Shown: positions 1 through 9,835 of the stretch, in pieces
Position numbering within the stretch: the first letter of the stretch is position 1
Layout: every line of letters starts with the position of its first letter
Notes under the pieces: generated by a model
What the model saw: only the letters and a program-made list of their open reading frames with translations
Told to the model about the DNA's origin: nothing
Databases searched by the model: none
Made by a program: the position numbers and the translations under genes
NCBI GenBank assembly: GCA_016186115.1
Contig: JACPMK010000003.1
Coordinates: 154,470 to 218,469, forward strand
Reading direction: 5' to 3'
DNA from: Candidatus Wildermuthbacteria bacterium
GTDB lineage: Bacteria > Patescibacteriota > Minisyncoccia > Minisyncoccales > UBA10102
Length of the DNA stretch: 64,000 nt

Positions 1-13
1 TCAAGCAATAGCT

Positions 14-646
14 ATGGAAAGTCAGTACGTTTTAACAAAAGATATTGTATTTTCCGAGATCGCGAAACAGTTTCCTGACGATGTAAAAGTCACTTCGCTC
101 GCTGAAAATGCGCGAGCATTTTATCATTATGCAAAAAAAATCAATGTTCAAGATTCCACCTTCTTTATGCTGGGCTCTATGGGGCAGGAAGTTTCGATGG
201 GCTTGGGGGTCAGCATTGGGATAAAAGATGCAGCAAAACTTCGATGCATTGTGATAAGTAGTGACGGGAGTTTTCTTTCAAATTTGCCAGCATTGATGAC
301 CATAAGCTTGATGAAGCCCTCAAAAATGATTCTCTTGGTGCTTGATAATGAAATGCATCGTATTACGGGGGGGCAGGTGACTGCCTCTCGCGCAGTATCG
401 CTTTGCAATATCGCGCGAGAATGCGGAATGGAAGCGTATTTGGTGCATACCATTGAAGAATTGAAGCAGGCCTTTCGAAAGGCAAAGCAGGAAGAGGGCC
501 CAATTTTTATCCAGATCAAAATTAACGATAAGGTCGCTCATTCAGAGGAAATTGAGGAAGCCCCTGCGGTTCTCTTTCATAATTTTTCTAATTATATCCA
601 GCAGCATCGATATGATAAGCGTACGAAGATTTCGAAAGGGAGATGA
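14..646 (+). CDS. TPP-dependent decarboxylase, beta-subunit/C-terminal TPP-binding domain (sulfopyruvate/phosphonopyruvate decarboxylase-like); may extend upstream of the window
   Basis: GSMGQEVSMGLGVSIG followed by SSDGSFLSN...LVLDNEMH resembles the TPP-binding GDG...NN fold of ComE/Ppd-type enzymes. Codons 2-13 upstream are open, so the 5' end is uncertain. Confidence 0.6.
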   Translation: MESQYVLTKDIVFSEIAKQFPDDVKVTSLAENARAFYHYAKKINVQDSTFFMLGSMGQEVSMGLGVSIGIKDAAKLRCIVISSDGSFLSNLPALMTISLMKPSKMILLVLDNEMHRITGGQVTASRAVSLCNIARECGMEAYLVHTIEELKQAFRKAKQEEGPIFIQIKINDKVAHSEEIEEAPAVLFHNFSNYIQQHRYDKRTKISKGR

Positions 647-1571
647 GAAAGGGATTGTACAATTGGGACATTTACTATTTCCCAATTTTTATTTTCCGTT
701 TACTCAATGGCAATGGCGGCATTATTTCGACAAGAAGCGAATTGTTGTTGCCGTAGACGAATCAAATACAATAGTGGGACACTGGGCATACCTTCGTAGA
801 TCGCTTGTTTCGCAGGGGAAACGCTTTGCCGCCGGGATATCATTATCCGCAATGGTTCATCCCTCTTGGCAGGGCAAAGGAGTATTCTCGCAGATTGGGA
901 AGATGCTTTTTAAGATTGCAAGAAATGAAGGCGTAAAGCTGTTATTCGGTTTTCCCAATGATCTTTCCATGCCTATTCATTCTCATTTGGGTTTTGTCGC
1001 TATACGATCGTATTTTATTTACAACCTTTTGCATTTTGTTCAGAAGCATTCTCGAGAAGACGCATGTTTTTCGTTCATGCCAACAAGAGTATGTCATCCC
1101 GTTTCCCATACGTACGCTGGTCAAGATGCTGTGCATCTTATAAAGAATCAGCGATATCTTGCATGGCGCTATGGAGAAAAACCACAAAGCAATTATTTTG
1201 CGTACACGATACATGGGCAACATAAGAGAAAAGGATATGCAGTATGGAAATTGTATCCGAGGGAAGACGGAACGACTCACATGCAGTTGATTGATGTCGA
1301 TATCCATACTCAATTCCATGAGAAGTTTGCCGAAGAACTTTTTTCCTTCTGGCAAAAGCTTGCAAAAAAGAAAGGGGCGAATACTCTCTCCCTTTGGGGG
1401 CAGGGAATAGGAAGCATAGAAGATAGAATTATCGATCAGTATGGGTTTCAAAAGAATAACTCCAAAACATTCCATCTTATGGCAAAGGGAATATCCATTA
1501 CACAGAAAGAGATGAGGATTCTTCAGGAAACCCCGTGGAATATCAAAATGGGAGACACAGAGATATTCTAA
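612..1571 (+). CDS. GNAT-family N-acetyltransferase with C-terminal extension
   Basis: The ATG at 612 (MISVRRFRKGD...) is preferred over the 552 start. The QGKGVFSQIGKMLFKIARNEGVKLLFGFPN block is a typical acetyl-CoA-binding GNAT core. Confidence 0.6.
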   Translation: MISVRRFRKGDEKGIVQLGHLLFPNFYFPFTQWQWRHYFDKKRIVVAVDESNTIVGHWAYLRRSLVSQGKRFAAGISLSAMVHPSWQGKGVFSQIGKMLFKIARNEGVKLLFGFPNDLSMPIHSHLGFVAIRSYFIYNLLHFVQKHSREDACFSFMPTRVCHPVSHTYAGQDAVHLIKNQRYLAWRYGEKPQSNYFAYTIHGQHKRKGYAVWKLYPREDGTTHMQLIDVDIHTQFHEKFAEELFSFWQKLAKKKGANTLSLWGQGIGSIEDRIIDQYGFQKNNSKTFHLMAKGISITQKEMRILQETPWNIKMGDTEIF

Positions 1572-1587
1572 TCGCTGTGCAATATAA

Positions 1588-1616
1588 AAGAGCTCCTGGT
1601 TTTCCCAAGAGCTCTT
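1588..1616. terminator. Hairpin between convergent genes (possible bidirectional terminator)
   Basis: aagagctc (1588-1595) pairs with gagctctt (1609-1616) around a 13-nt loop. It lies between the stop at 1571 (+) and the stop at 1635 (-). Confidence 0.3.
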
Positions 1617-1634
1617 GTGGTTCCGTGGACGGTA

Positions 1635-2456
1635 CTATGCGGCTTGGAGTACTTTGGAAGGGGTTTCTTGTTTTCTGCGGTAATATTCATATCCGAGATA
1701 TAGCCCTAGGTAAATTGCATTGCCTACCACTACGTTTACCGTTAGCCCCAAGTTGCGGAGCCACCATGTGCCTGTGTTGACGTCAAGAGTATTATTGCTC
1801 ATGACATGTATCCAGAAAATGAACACGAGTGCATTAGAAAAAAGCCCTTTTAAAAATATTCGTCGGTAATATCCTGTTGAGTCCACTCGTATGGTCTTGA
1901 GGTCGAGCAAAATCCATCTCAAGACAATCAAGGTGGCCACAATTGCAGTGATGGTTTCGAAACCCCAACCCCATCCGATCGTAGAATCATCGAGATACCG
2001 TATAAAGCCAGTCAGAATGCCAAGCAGAATAGCTACGGCCGCAATAAGAATTGCAGTTAGTTTTTCGTTCCATGTAAGTTTCCATCGGTTGTGCAACCCT
2101 ACGCCAACCTGCGCACTAATAATGGTGAGCAGCAGCAATGTCAGAATAAACCACCAAATAGGCACATTTCTGTTCATCCATATGCCAATGTTCAGAACGA
2201 GGAGCATTGCCCAGTGGATGAGGTCGTACATACGGGCTTCAATATTTACGAGGTTTTTCCTTTGGATCGAAGAGAAAAGATCGAGTTGGCCCGAGATTAC
2301 TGCCAGCATCCCTACGGGTGGCAGCCATGCAGCGGGGAAATGAAACGCATCACCCCACGTATCAAAAGATCCTTGCATTCTGCCGAAAACGATTCCCACC
2401 AAGAGAACAAGGAGTAGCCAATATGACATCCCAATCGCCTTCTTTGTGATCTCCAT
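1635..2456 (-). CDS. Multi-pass integral membrane protein, unknown function
   Basis: 273-aa ORF with about 8 hydrophobic segments. It is the only sizeable minus-strand ORF that does not overlap a plus-strand gene. Confidence 0.55.
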   Translation of the reverse strand: MEITKKAIGMSYWLLLVLLVGIVFGRMQGSFDTWGDAFHFPAAWLPPVGMLAVISGQLDLFSSIQRKNLVNIEARMYDLIHWAMLLVLNIGIWMNRNVPIWWFILTLLLLTIISAQVGVGLHNRWKLTWNEKLTAILIAAVAILLGILTGFIRYLDDSTIGWGWGFETITAIVATLIVLRWILLDLKTIRVDSTGYYRRIFLKGLFSNALVFIFWIHVMSNNTLDVNTGTWWLRNLGLTVNVVVGNAIYLGLYLGYEYYRRKQETPSKVLQAA

Positions 2457-2552
2457 TTTTCCCCTCCTAGATTTGCTAGCTTATATCTATCCTTTCTCTT
2501 TCTGTTTGTCAAGAGCGAGTTTTTCAATCTCAAATTCAGCAAAACCCGCACC

Positions 2553-2580
2553 TTTACAAAAGGGAATAATCTGATAAGCT
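2553..2580 (+). promoter_or_regulatory. sigma70-like promoter of pseI (TTTACA-16nt-TAAGCT)
   Basis: -35 TTTACA at 2553-2558 and -10 TAAGCT at 2575-2580. The ATG at 2589 is only 8 nt downstream. Confidence 0.35.
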
Positions 2581-2588
2581 GAAGGTAT

Positions 2589-3665
2589 ATGAATACACAT
2601 CCTTTTATAGAGGTTGCTGGGAGAAAGATTGGGCTCGGTTACCCCTCCTTTATTATTGCCGAGCTTTCTTGTAATCATCTCCAACAACTTGACAAGGCGA
2701 AGGAAATTATTAGGGCAGCAGCGGCTGCGGGCGCCGATGCGATTAAACTTCAAACTTATACCGCCGATACCATTACCATCGACTCCAGAAAGCCAGATTT
2801 TCTAGCAGGGGGCGCCGATAATCCGAGCGACTGGAATCAGCAGACCCTGTATGGACTTTACCAGCAAGCTTATACTCCTTGGGAATGGCACGCAGAATTA
2901 AAGCAACTCATTGAGGATCTTGGGATGATTTTTTTCTCAACGCCTTCTGACGACACCGCAGTTGATTTTCTGGAAGAACTCGGGACACCTTGCTATAAAA
3001 TTGCTTCGTATGCCGCAACGCATATTCCTTTGCTTGAGAGGGTAGCAAAGACCCATAAACCAGTTATCCTTTCGACTGGTTTTGCTACTTTGGAAGAAAT
3101 TGAGCTTGCCGTGCAAACGCTTAGAGAAAATGGGGCACAACAGATTGCATTACTGCATTGTATTACTACATATGCGAAGGATCCTGATTCAGGGATTATG
3201 AATCTTCGTACTATCTCTGATCTAGGGGAACGTTTTGGAGTTGTCAGCGGATTTTCAGATAATAATGCCGGCATCGAAATTCCTATTATGGCAGTGTGCG
3301 CAGGAGCTTCCATTGTTGAAAAACATCTCATGCTGCAGCATGCCGATGAAAGTTTTGATGCGCAATTTTCTTTGGATCCGTCTGAACTCAAAGAGATGGT
3401 TTCAAGGATTCGTCATTTCGAACGCCTTCTTGGGCAAGTGCATTATGGCCCCGCAAATGCTTCAGAAGAGCATAACTTAAGATATCGTCACTCTATTTAC
3501 GTAGTAAAAGATATGAAGGCGGGAGATGTTTTCACGCCAGGGAATATACGAGTGATCCGGCCGGCATTCGGACTTGCTCCAAAGCACTACAAGAATATCC
3601 TCGGGAAGTCTGCTAAAAAAGATATTGAACGCGGAACTCGCCTCTCTTGGGAATTAATTTCTTGA
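2589..3665 (+). CDS. pseI: Pseudaminic acid synthase (NeuB/PseI family nonulosonic acid synthase)
   Basis: SFIIAELSCNH...GADAIKLQTYT...YKIASYA...VILSTG...GFSDN...IVEKH plus a C-terminal SAF-like domain (VRPAFGL...KDIERG). It is collinear with the PseI sequence I recall. Confidence 0.85.
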   Translation: MNTHPFIEVAGRKIGLGYPSFIIAELSCNHLQQLDKAKEIIRAAAAAGADAIKLQTYTADTITIDSRKPDFLAGGADNPSDWNQQTLYGLYQQAYTPWEWHAELKQLIEDLGMIFFSTPSDDTAVDFLEELGTPCYKIASYAATHIPLLERVAKTHKPVILSTGFATLEEIELAVQTLRENGAQQIALLHCITTYAKDPDSGIMNLRTISDLGERFGVVSGFSDNNAGIEIPIMAVCAGASIVEKHLMLQHADESFDAQFSLDPSELKEMVSRIRHFERLLGQVHYGPANASEEHNLRYRHSIYVVKDMKAGDVFTPGNIRVIRPAFGLAPKHYKNILGKSAKKDIERGTRLSWELIS

Positions 3666-3670
3666 TCTCT

Positions 3671-4378
3671 ATGACGATAGCGCAAGCAGGAATAAAACCG
3701 CGCATCTTAGTCATAGCGGCGCACCCGGATGACGAAATTTTAGGTTGTGGGGCAACGCTCGCCCGCTACATCCGCAGGGGAATTGAGGCGCACGGTTTTA
3801 TTCTTGGGAAGGGGAAGTCCTCCCGCTTTGCGAATCCAGGAAATTCTGCCGAGACAATTCAAAAAGAACAGGACATTCTTCTGGAAGAAGCGCACAAAGC
3901 CGCCAGTATTATTGGAATTTCTCGTCTTTCCTTTGCTGATTTTCCGGATCAACGATACGATTCCGTACCATTTTTGGAGATTGTGCAGCGCATAGAAGAT
4001 ATGGTGGAGCAGGTGAAGCCGTCCATTGTCTTTACTCACTATCGGCGCGATCTTAATTTGGATCATCGAATTACGTTAAAAGCCGTGCTTACAGCTGTCC
4101 GTCCTCTCCCGGAACAATCTGTACGACATATCTATTCTTTCGAAGTGCCTTCTTCCACCGAATGGAACGTTCCTTTATCCTTTTCTCCAAATGTATTTAT
4201 TGACGTGAAAGAAACCTTTGACCAAAAACTTGCTGCCCTTCAGGCATACGAGAGCGAAATGCGGGAATACCCTCATCCCCGTTCGATGCGAGCAATAGAA
4301 ATTATCGCAAGACGATGGGGGACTATTGTTGGCAAAGAGTTGGTGGAGGCATTTGAACTCGTGCGCGAGATAAAATAG
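3671..4378 (+). CDS. PIG-L/LmbE-family sugar N-deacetylase (copy 1)
   Basis: ILVIAAHPDDEILGCG motif. The ATG at 3671 is preferred over the TTG at 3647. It is a paralog of 24227-24886. Confidence 0.8.
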   Translation: MTIAQAGIKPRILVIAAHPDDEILGCGATLARYIRRGIEAHGFILGKGKSSRFANPGNSAETIQKEQDILLEEAHKAASIIGISRLSFADFPDQRYDSVPFLEIVQRIEDMVEQVKPSIVFTHYRRDLNLDHRITLKAVLTAVRPLPEQSVRHIYSFEVPSSTEWNVPLSFSPNVFIDVKETFDQKLAALQAYESEMREYPHPRSMRAIEIIARRWGTIVGKELVEAFELVREIK

Positions 4379-4384
4379 TGGAAT

Positions 4385-5875
4385 ATGCAAAGTGAACCGA
4401 TATCTTCTCTTCGACAGGAAATTGTCAAACATATTGCGCAGTTTTCTTTTGGGACCCTCATAAAGGGCATAGGCCAGTTCGTCAATCAATATGTTGCCGC
4501 ACTTTTGTTGGGTCCAGCTATCTTTGGCGTATGGCAGGGAGCACGATTATTGTTAGGATATGGGACGAATGTCGGCTTGGGGACCATCGAGGGCATGCAA
4601 AAAGAAATTCCTGTGTTGCGGGGGAGGGGAAACCAAGAAAAAGTATTGACCATTGCCCGCACCTCTTTCTTCTTTAATTTCGCAGCAACTCTTTTTTTAT
4701 CTATCGTAATTTTATTGAGCAGTTTTTTTATACATGCAGGGCAGGAAATGATTCTCGCACTCCGTTTTATAAGTGTATTGCTCGTTTTGCAGTTTTTAAA
4801 AATGTTTTATGAGACGTGGCTGAAGGCACACAAGAAGTTTGACACTTTGAGCGTTGTTGCGGCGATCGACGGAATCGGTTTTCTCGCTTCTCTTACTCTC
4901 ATTTTCTTTTATTCTTTTCTCGGGTTTCTTTTAGGATACGTATTCACAATGCTGGCGAGTACGGCATATGCAATGGGGAAGAGCGAATACAAATTTGCTC
5001 TTGGATTGGATGGGAAAACTCTTCGCTCCCTTATGATTATTGGTTTTCCTATCATGCTGATCGGATTTTCTGGAATGGGTTTTCAAACAATCGATCGCGT
5101 CCTCATTCTAGGATTTCTCGGCGCCGCATCTTTAGGGGAATACAGTTTGGGCTGGCTCCTTTTTATGCCTTTCACATTTCTTATCTATACCGTAAATTCA
5201 GTTATGTTTCCGCATTTTGCCGAGCGCTTCGGGGCAAAAGGAACCGATGGCGCACTTTTGAATTTTATTGTTGTGCCCATTCAGTATGTAGCGCTTATTA
5301 TGCCTACTCTTATCGGAGCAATTGTGATTGCTTTGCCAGAACTTGTTCCTCTCTTTCTACCAGCGTATGAAAAGGGAGTTTTGGCGGCGCAAATTTTTCT
5401 TTTTGGGTCTTTTTTTATATCTACGGTTGGCATGGCCGGCAATTTTTTTATTTCCACCAACCGGCAAAATTTCTATCTTCTTATTCTCGCAGCGAGTTTC
5501 GCTTTAAATTTTGTCTTGAGCATATTTTTTTTATCGCTCGGCCTTGGAATCGTTGGAGTCGCATGGGGAGCAGCTCTTTCCTATTTTTTCTTCTTCATCG
5601 CAATGATTGTTCTATCGTTAAGATATTGTGGAGCTTTGAGAAATGAAATTATGAACAGAGTTGGTAAGTTTCTTTTTCCCGTATTGTATAGTATCCTTTT
5701 ATCAATACTGGTGATGGTTTTTATTAAGACAGATAAAAATGCTCAAGGAGCAACAGCTGCAATGCAGACGATCCTGGCTCGGGAATCCATCTTTTTTCTT
5801 TTTAGTTCATATTTGGTTTATCTTTTTTTAAAAAATATGAAATCTTCTCTTCCCCGCTTTTCATGGAAAAAATAG
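4385..5875 (+). CDS. Wzx-like polysaccharide flippase (MOP superfamily), copy 1
   Basis: 496 aa with about 12-14 TM segments, in polysaccharide-cluster context. Confidence 0.7.
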   Translation: MQSEPISSLRQEIVKHIAQFSFGTLIKGIGQFVNQYVAALLLGPAIFGVWQGARLLLGYGTNVGLGTIEGMQKEIPVLRGRGNQEKVLTIARTSFFFNFAATLFLSIVILLSSFFIHAGQEMILALRFISVLLVLQFLKMFYETWLKAHKKFDTLSVVAAIDGIGFLASLTLIFFYSFLGFLLGYVFTMLASTAYAMGKSEYKFALGLDGKTLRSLMIIGFPIMLIGFSGMGFQTIDRVLILGFLGAASLGEYSLGWLLFMPFTFLIYTVNSVMFPHFAERFGAKGTDGALLNFIVVPIQYVALIMPTLIGAIVIALPELVPLFLPAYEKGVLAAQIFLFGSFFISTVGMAGNFFISTNRQNFYLLILAASFALNFVLSIFFLSLGLGIVGVAWGAALSYFFFFIAMIVLSLRYCGALRNEIMNRVGKFLFPVLYSILLSILVMVFIKTDKNAQGATAAMQTILARESIFFLFSSYLVYLFLKNMKSSLPRFSWKK

Positions 5876-7242
5876 ATTTTTGTTTTTTCGTAACCGAACT
5901 TGCCAGAGACGGAGAATTTGCCGTCATGCTTTCTCGTGAGTTTGAAAAGCGCGGTTTGAGAACTTTTTTTGTAACCACAAGCGAAGCGGGGGATCTTGCA
6001 TTTCAGAAAGCTGGCCTTACTAATTTTTGCAATATCGAGAGCATGAGCAAGACGATGCAGATTACGGATGAGAATCTTGGGCGGGCGGTGGAACGGGCTC
6101 AATCGCAATTTGGAATAGAAAGTATGTCATTCGAAATATTAACAGAGAAGATGGTCTTTAAAAGAAAAGATGATAAAGAAATGATGCGGAAACTTCTTCT
6201 CTACCTTTTTTCTTTAAGTGAGTTTTTCTCCAAGAGATTTGAAGTTCGCTATTTTGTGCAGGGGTGCTCCAAATCCCTCAATAGTATTGCGTTTTACTAT
6301 GCGGGAGCCAATCAAGGGAAACATATCTTCTTTTCTGCTTCGCCAATTGCAGGATATCTTTATTTTTCTTTTCACCCGTGGGGTTTATTAGAAGTAGATC
6401 CTAAGAATGTAAAACATGTGGAAGGGGAAGCAAGAAAGCGTATCGAAGATTACGTTGCGAAAGTCAAAGAAGAAAAAAAGGTTGCTATTGTGCTGCCGAT
6501 GTCCAAAGTGACTCCCTCCTTAACAAAAGAGCGATTTCAAAAACTTTTTTATCTGTTGAAAAATTTTCGGTCAGAACATCTGCCCATCCTTTTTATTTTG
6601 AAAAATTTTACCATGCGGTTTTTCCGCCAGTTCTATGTGCGCAGATTTTATCAAAATCCTGTGCCGGGAGAAAAATATATGTATTTCCCTCTTCATTTCC
6701 CTGATGACAGCCAATTGACCGCAAGAGCTGTTCCTTTTATTACCCAAGAATTTGTCATTGAGATTCTTTCCCGATATCTTCCTTATGGGTATAAAATTTA
6801 CGTGAAAGAGCATCCGGCTTCCCTTGGATACTATTCATCACATATGCTCCGTTTTATTTGCGGTTTGCCAAATGTAAAATTGGTTCCTCCGTTACTCAAT
6901 TCGCATGGCCTTATTCAAAAAGCAGAAATTGTATGCGTGATTAATTCCAGTGTGGGGTATGAAGCATTGCTGTATCAAAAACCCGTGGTTACGTTTGGCG
7001 AGTCATTTTATAGTGGGAGGGGAGTAACGCTCGATATTCGCAATTTGTACGATGTTCCAAAAATCCTTCAGCAGGCGCAGCGTTTTCAGCCAGATCGGGA
7101 ACGGATTCTCTCATTGCTTCATGCGTGGTATCAGGAGAGCTATCCTCCGAGTCCGGAACGGGTGTTCTATGATTCGCATCAGGAAGATGCAGAAGTTTTT
7201 TGTGATGCATTGGTAAAATATACGGAAGGGCAAATTCCCTAA
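5863..7242 (+). CDS. Capsule_synth-family protein (KpsC/KpsS/LpsZ-like ulosonic-acid transferase fold)
   Basis: C-terminal block VKEHPASLGYY...LLNSHGLIQKAEIVCVINSSVGYEALLYQKPVVTFGESFYSGRGVT matches the conserved HP...INSTVG.EAL..GKPV..G...Y pattern of KpsS/KpsC. Confidence 0.6.
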   Translation: MEKIDFCFFVTELARDGEFAVMLSREFEKRGLRTFFVTTSEAGDLAFQKAGLTNFCNIESMSKTMQITDENLGRAVERAQSQFGIESMSFEILTEKMVFKRKDDKEMMRKLLLYLFSLSEFFSKRFEVRYFVQGCSKSLNSIAFYYAGANQGKHIFFSASPIAGYLYFSFHPWGLLEVDPKNVKHVEGEARKRIEDYVAKVKEEKKVAIVLPMSKVTPSLTKERFQKLFYLLKNFRSEHLPILFILKNFTMRFFRQFYVRRFYQNPVPGEKYMYFPLHFPDDSQLTARAVPFITQEFVIEILSRYLPYGYKIYVKEHPASLGYYSSHMLRFICGLPNVKLVPPLLNSHGLIQKAEIVCVINSSVGYEALLYQKPVVTFGESFYSGRGVTLDIRNLYDVPKILQQAQRFQPDRERILSLLHAWYQESYPPSPERVFYDSHQEDAEVFCDALVKYTEGQIP

Positions 7243-7250
7243 ACATTTTT

Positions 7251-8708
7251 ATGCAGCTGCTCAAGAGATTTCTTTTTGAAAATAAGGGCATTGCACCGAT
7301 AGTTTTCAAGAATGCGTCGTGGCTTATTTTTGCCGAGGGGGTTTCGCGTCTTTTTGTATTTGCTGCTTTTCTTTTGGCTGCGAGAACTCTTGGGCCTTCT
7401 GGATTCGGGGAATTTACGTTTGCGCTTGCCTTTGTATCTTTATTTTTAATGTTTGGCGAGGGGGGGATTTCGATGGCTCTTACGAAAGAATTTTCCCAGC
7501 GTTCCATGCAGCGAGAGGAATTTTCTTCGCTGATCTCCTTGAGAGCGTTGATGAGCATTGTCCTTTTTCTGCCCATCCTCGGGTTCTCTTTTTTGGTGAC
7601 CCAGCATATGGTTATTCGATATGCAATATGGATTCTTGCCTGGTATGTGGTTGCCGAGAGTTTTTCTGAAACCTTCTTTGCCATGTTTCGTGCGCACCAG
7701 AAAATGAAATACGAAGCAATTGTGCGTATTGTTCGAATGATCCTTGCCTTTGGATTAATGTGGTGGGTTCTTTTCACGATGCCCAGCGTGCTTTATTTGA
7801 GCATTGGATATTCGAGTGCCTACCTTGCGGGTTTGGCAATATGCTTCGTTCTTTGCCATCTGTTTATTCAACGTCTTGGTTTTCAGTGGAATTTTTTTAT
7901 TTGGAAAAGATTCTTCAAGATGTCTTGGCCATTTGCTCTTATCGCTCTCTCCACTTCTTTCTATGCGTTTAGCGATTCAGTAATGATGGGATTCTGGGGA
8001 CAAATCACACAAACAGGATGGTACAACGGGGCCTATAAAATAGTTTCGACGCTTCTTTTTCCTGCTTTGCTGCTTTCTTTGGGATTTTACCCGGCATTGA
8101 GCGTTCATATTCAAACTTCAAAGGAACAATTCCAACGCCTTTGGCGTACCCATTTTGAGTTAATGCTTATGGGCTCAATCCCCATGGTAGTTGGAGGAGT
8201 AATTCTTGCTCCCAAACTCATTGATTTGCTATATGGCGCGAGTTATCAGCCCTCGGTACTTGCATTTCAGATTCTGATCGGGATGGCAGGGCTTTTGATG
8301 CTTTTCCTGCCCTTCAAATACCTTCTGATTGTCTGCAATCAGGAGAGGAAACTTTTTATCTTGACCCTGGCTGGAGCAATCATTAATATTGTTTTAAATG
8401 TCATATTCATTCCTCGATTTAGTTTATATGGTGCCGCCGCCACCACGCTTGTGTCGTATCTTTTTTTGGTTTGCGCTGCGTGGATCTTTTCTTTTCGGTA
8501 CACTCCAATTTTTTTAGATCGAATGCGTATTCTAAAAATCGTGGTCGCTTCTTTCGTAAGTAGTGCGATTCTTTATTTCTTCCTTTCTGAATCTTTGAAC
8601 CTTCGTCTCCCAGTGATTGTTGTAGGATTAGCAGGATTTCTTCTTTACCTTACTGTTTTCGCGTTTGGCTATAGATTGTTCATAAAAGAGAGGCACATGG
8701 CGATATGA
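7251..8708 (+). CDS. Wzx-like polysaccharide flippase (MOP superfamily), copy 2
   Basis: 485 aa, polytopic, N-terminal NASWLIFAEGVSR typical of polysaccharide biosynthesis proteins. Confidence 0.7.
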   Translation: MQLLKRFLFENKGIAPIVFKNASWLIFAEGVSRLFVFAAFLLAARTLGPSGFGEFTFALAFVSLFLMFGEGGISMALTKEFSQRSMQREEFSSLISLRALMSIVLFLPILGFSFLVTQHMVIRYAIWILAWYVVAESFSETFFAMFRAHQKMKYEAIVRIVRMILAFGLMWWVLFTMPSVLYLSIGYSSAYLAGLAICFVLCHLFIQRLGFQWNFFIWKRFFKMSWPFALIALSTSFYAFSDSVMMGFWGQITQTGWYNGAYKIVSTLLFPALLLSLGFYPALSVHIQTSKEQFQRLWRTHFELMLMGSIPMVVGGVILAPKLIDLLYGASYQPSVLAFQILIGMAGLLMLFLPFKYLLIVCNQERKLFILTLAGAIINIVLNVIFIPRFSLYGAAATTLVSYLFLVCAAWIFSFRYTPIFLDRMRILKIVVASFVSSAILYFFLSESLNLRLPVIVVGLAGFLLYLTVFAFGYRLFIKERHMAI

Positions 8709-9835
8709 AAGTAGCGTTTCTTTTGGGCACCCGCCCGGAAATTATCAAAATGGCTCCGATGATACGGATTTGCCAGAGGGAGAAAATTCCTTTTCGCATT
8801 CTGCATACGGGTCAGCATTACGATGTGATGATGAGCGCCACTTTTTTTAAGGAATTGGGGCTTCCGTCGATCATACAGAATTTGCATACCAAATCAGGTA
8901 CGCATGGAAGGATGACAGCGCAGATGATGGGGGGTATTGAGAGGGCGCTCAAGAAGGACAGATCAGATATTGTGTTGGTTCAGGGAGATACGGATACCAC
9001 GGTGGCCGGCGCTTTGGCAAGCGTGAAATTGCATATCCCAGTGGGTCATGTGGAGGCGGGCTTGCGAAGCTATGATCGGCGGCTTCCGGAAGAATACAAT
9101 CGCATTATATGCGACCATATTGCTGATTATCTTTTTGCTCCTACGAAGTTGGCAAAAGAAAATCTTCATCAGGAGGGTATTGGCAGGAACTCTATTCTTT
9201 TTCCGCAAGGGGAGAGGAGGCAGGAAATATTTGTTACCGGCAACACCGCTATTGATGTGCTCAAGCAGTGGAGAGAAAAGGCGGATAATTCCCGCATGCG
9301 CCAAAGAATTGGATTGCAGAGCACTGAATACTTTTTGATGACTGTTCATCGGGAAGAAAATGTGGATCGCAGAGAAAATTTGCTCGGCATGATACGGGGC
9401 ATTGAGAATGTTGCGAAATTTTTCCGTGTGCCGATTGTGTTTCCGATGCATCCAAGGACAATGCGAAAACTCAAAGAATATAAACTTTTGGCAAAGGCAG
9501 CGAGAATTCGGGAATTGCGCATCATTGAGCCGGTTGGGTTTTTGGATTTTTTTGCACTGGAGGCAAATGCTTCGCTTGTGCTTACGGATTCCGGAGGAGT
9601 GCAGGAAGAGGCATGCTATCTGCGTGTTCCATGCGTTGTGTTGCGAGAGAGAACTGATCGTCCCGAATCTGTTCAAGCAGGAGCTGCCATGCTGGCTGGC
9701 TGTGATTCAGAAACAATACTGAAAAGCGCTCAGGTCATGCTTCAAAAACCCCGGCACTGGAAAAATCCCTTTGGCGATGGAAAGGCAGGAGAACGGATTA
9801 TGGAAATACTCACGAGTCATTTTTGCCTTTTATGA
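8705..9835 (+). CDS. wecB: UDP-N-acetylglucosamine 2-epimerase (non-hydrolysing type)
   Basis: MKVAFLLGTRPEIIKMAP...VQGDTDT...HVEAGLRS...DSGGVQEE is the canonical WecB/MnaA pattern. Confidence 0.85.
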   Translation: MKVAFLLGTRPEIIKMAPMIRICQREKIPFRILHTGQHYDVMMSATFFKELGLPSIIQNLHTKSGTHGRMTAQMMGGIERALKKDRSDIVLVQGDTDTTVAGALASVKLHIPVGHVEAGLRSYDRRLPEEYNRIICDHIADYLFAPTKLAKENLHQEGIGRNSILFPQGERRQEIFVTGNTAIDVLKQWREKADNSRMRQRIGLQSTEYFLMTVHREENVDRRENLLGMIRGIENVAKFFRVPIVFPMHPRTMRKLKEYKLLAKAARIRELRIIEPVGFLDFFALEANASLVLTDSGGVQEEACYLRVPCVVLRERTDRPESVQAGAAMLAGCDSETILKSAQVMLQKPRHWKNPFGDGKAGERIMEILTSHFCLL

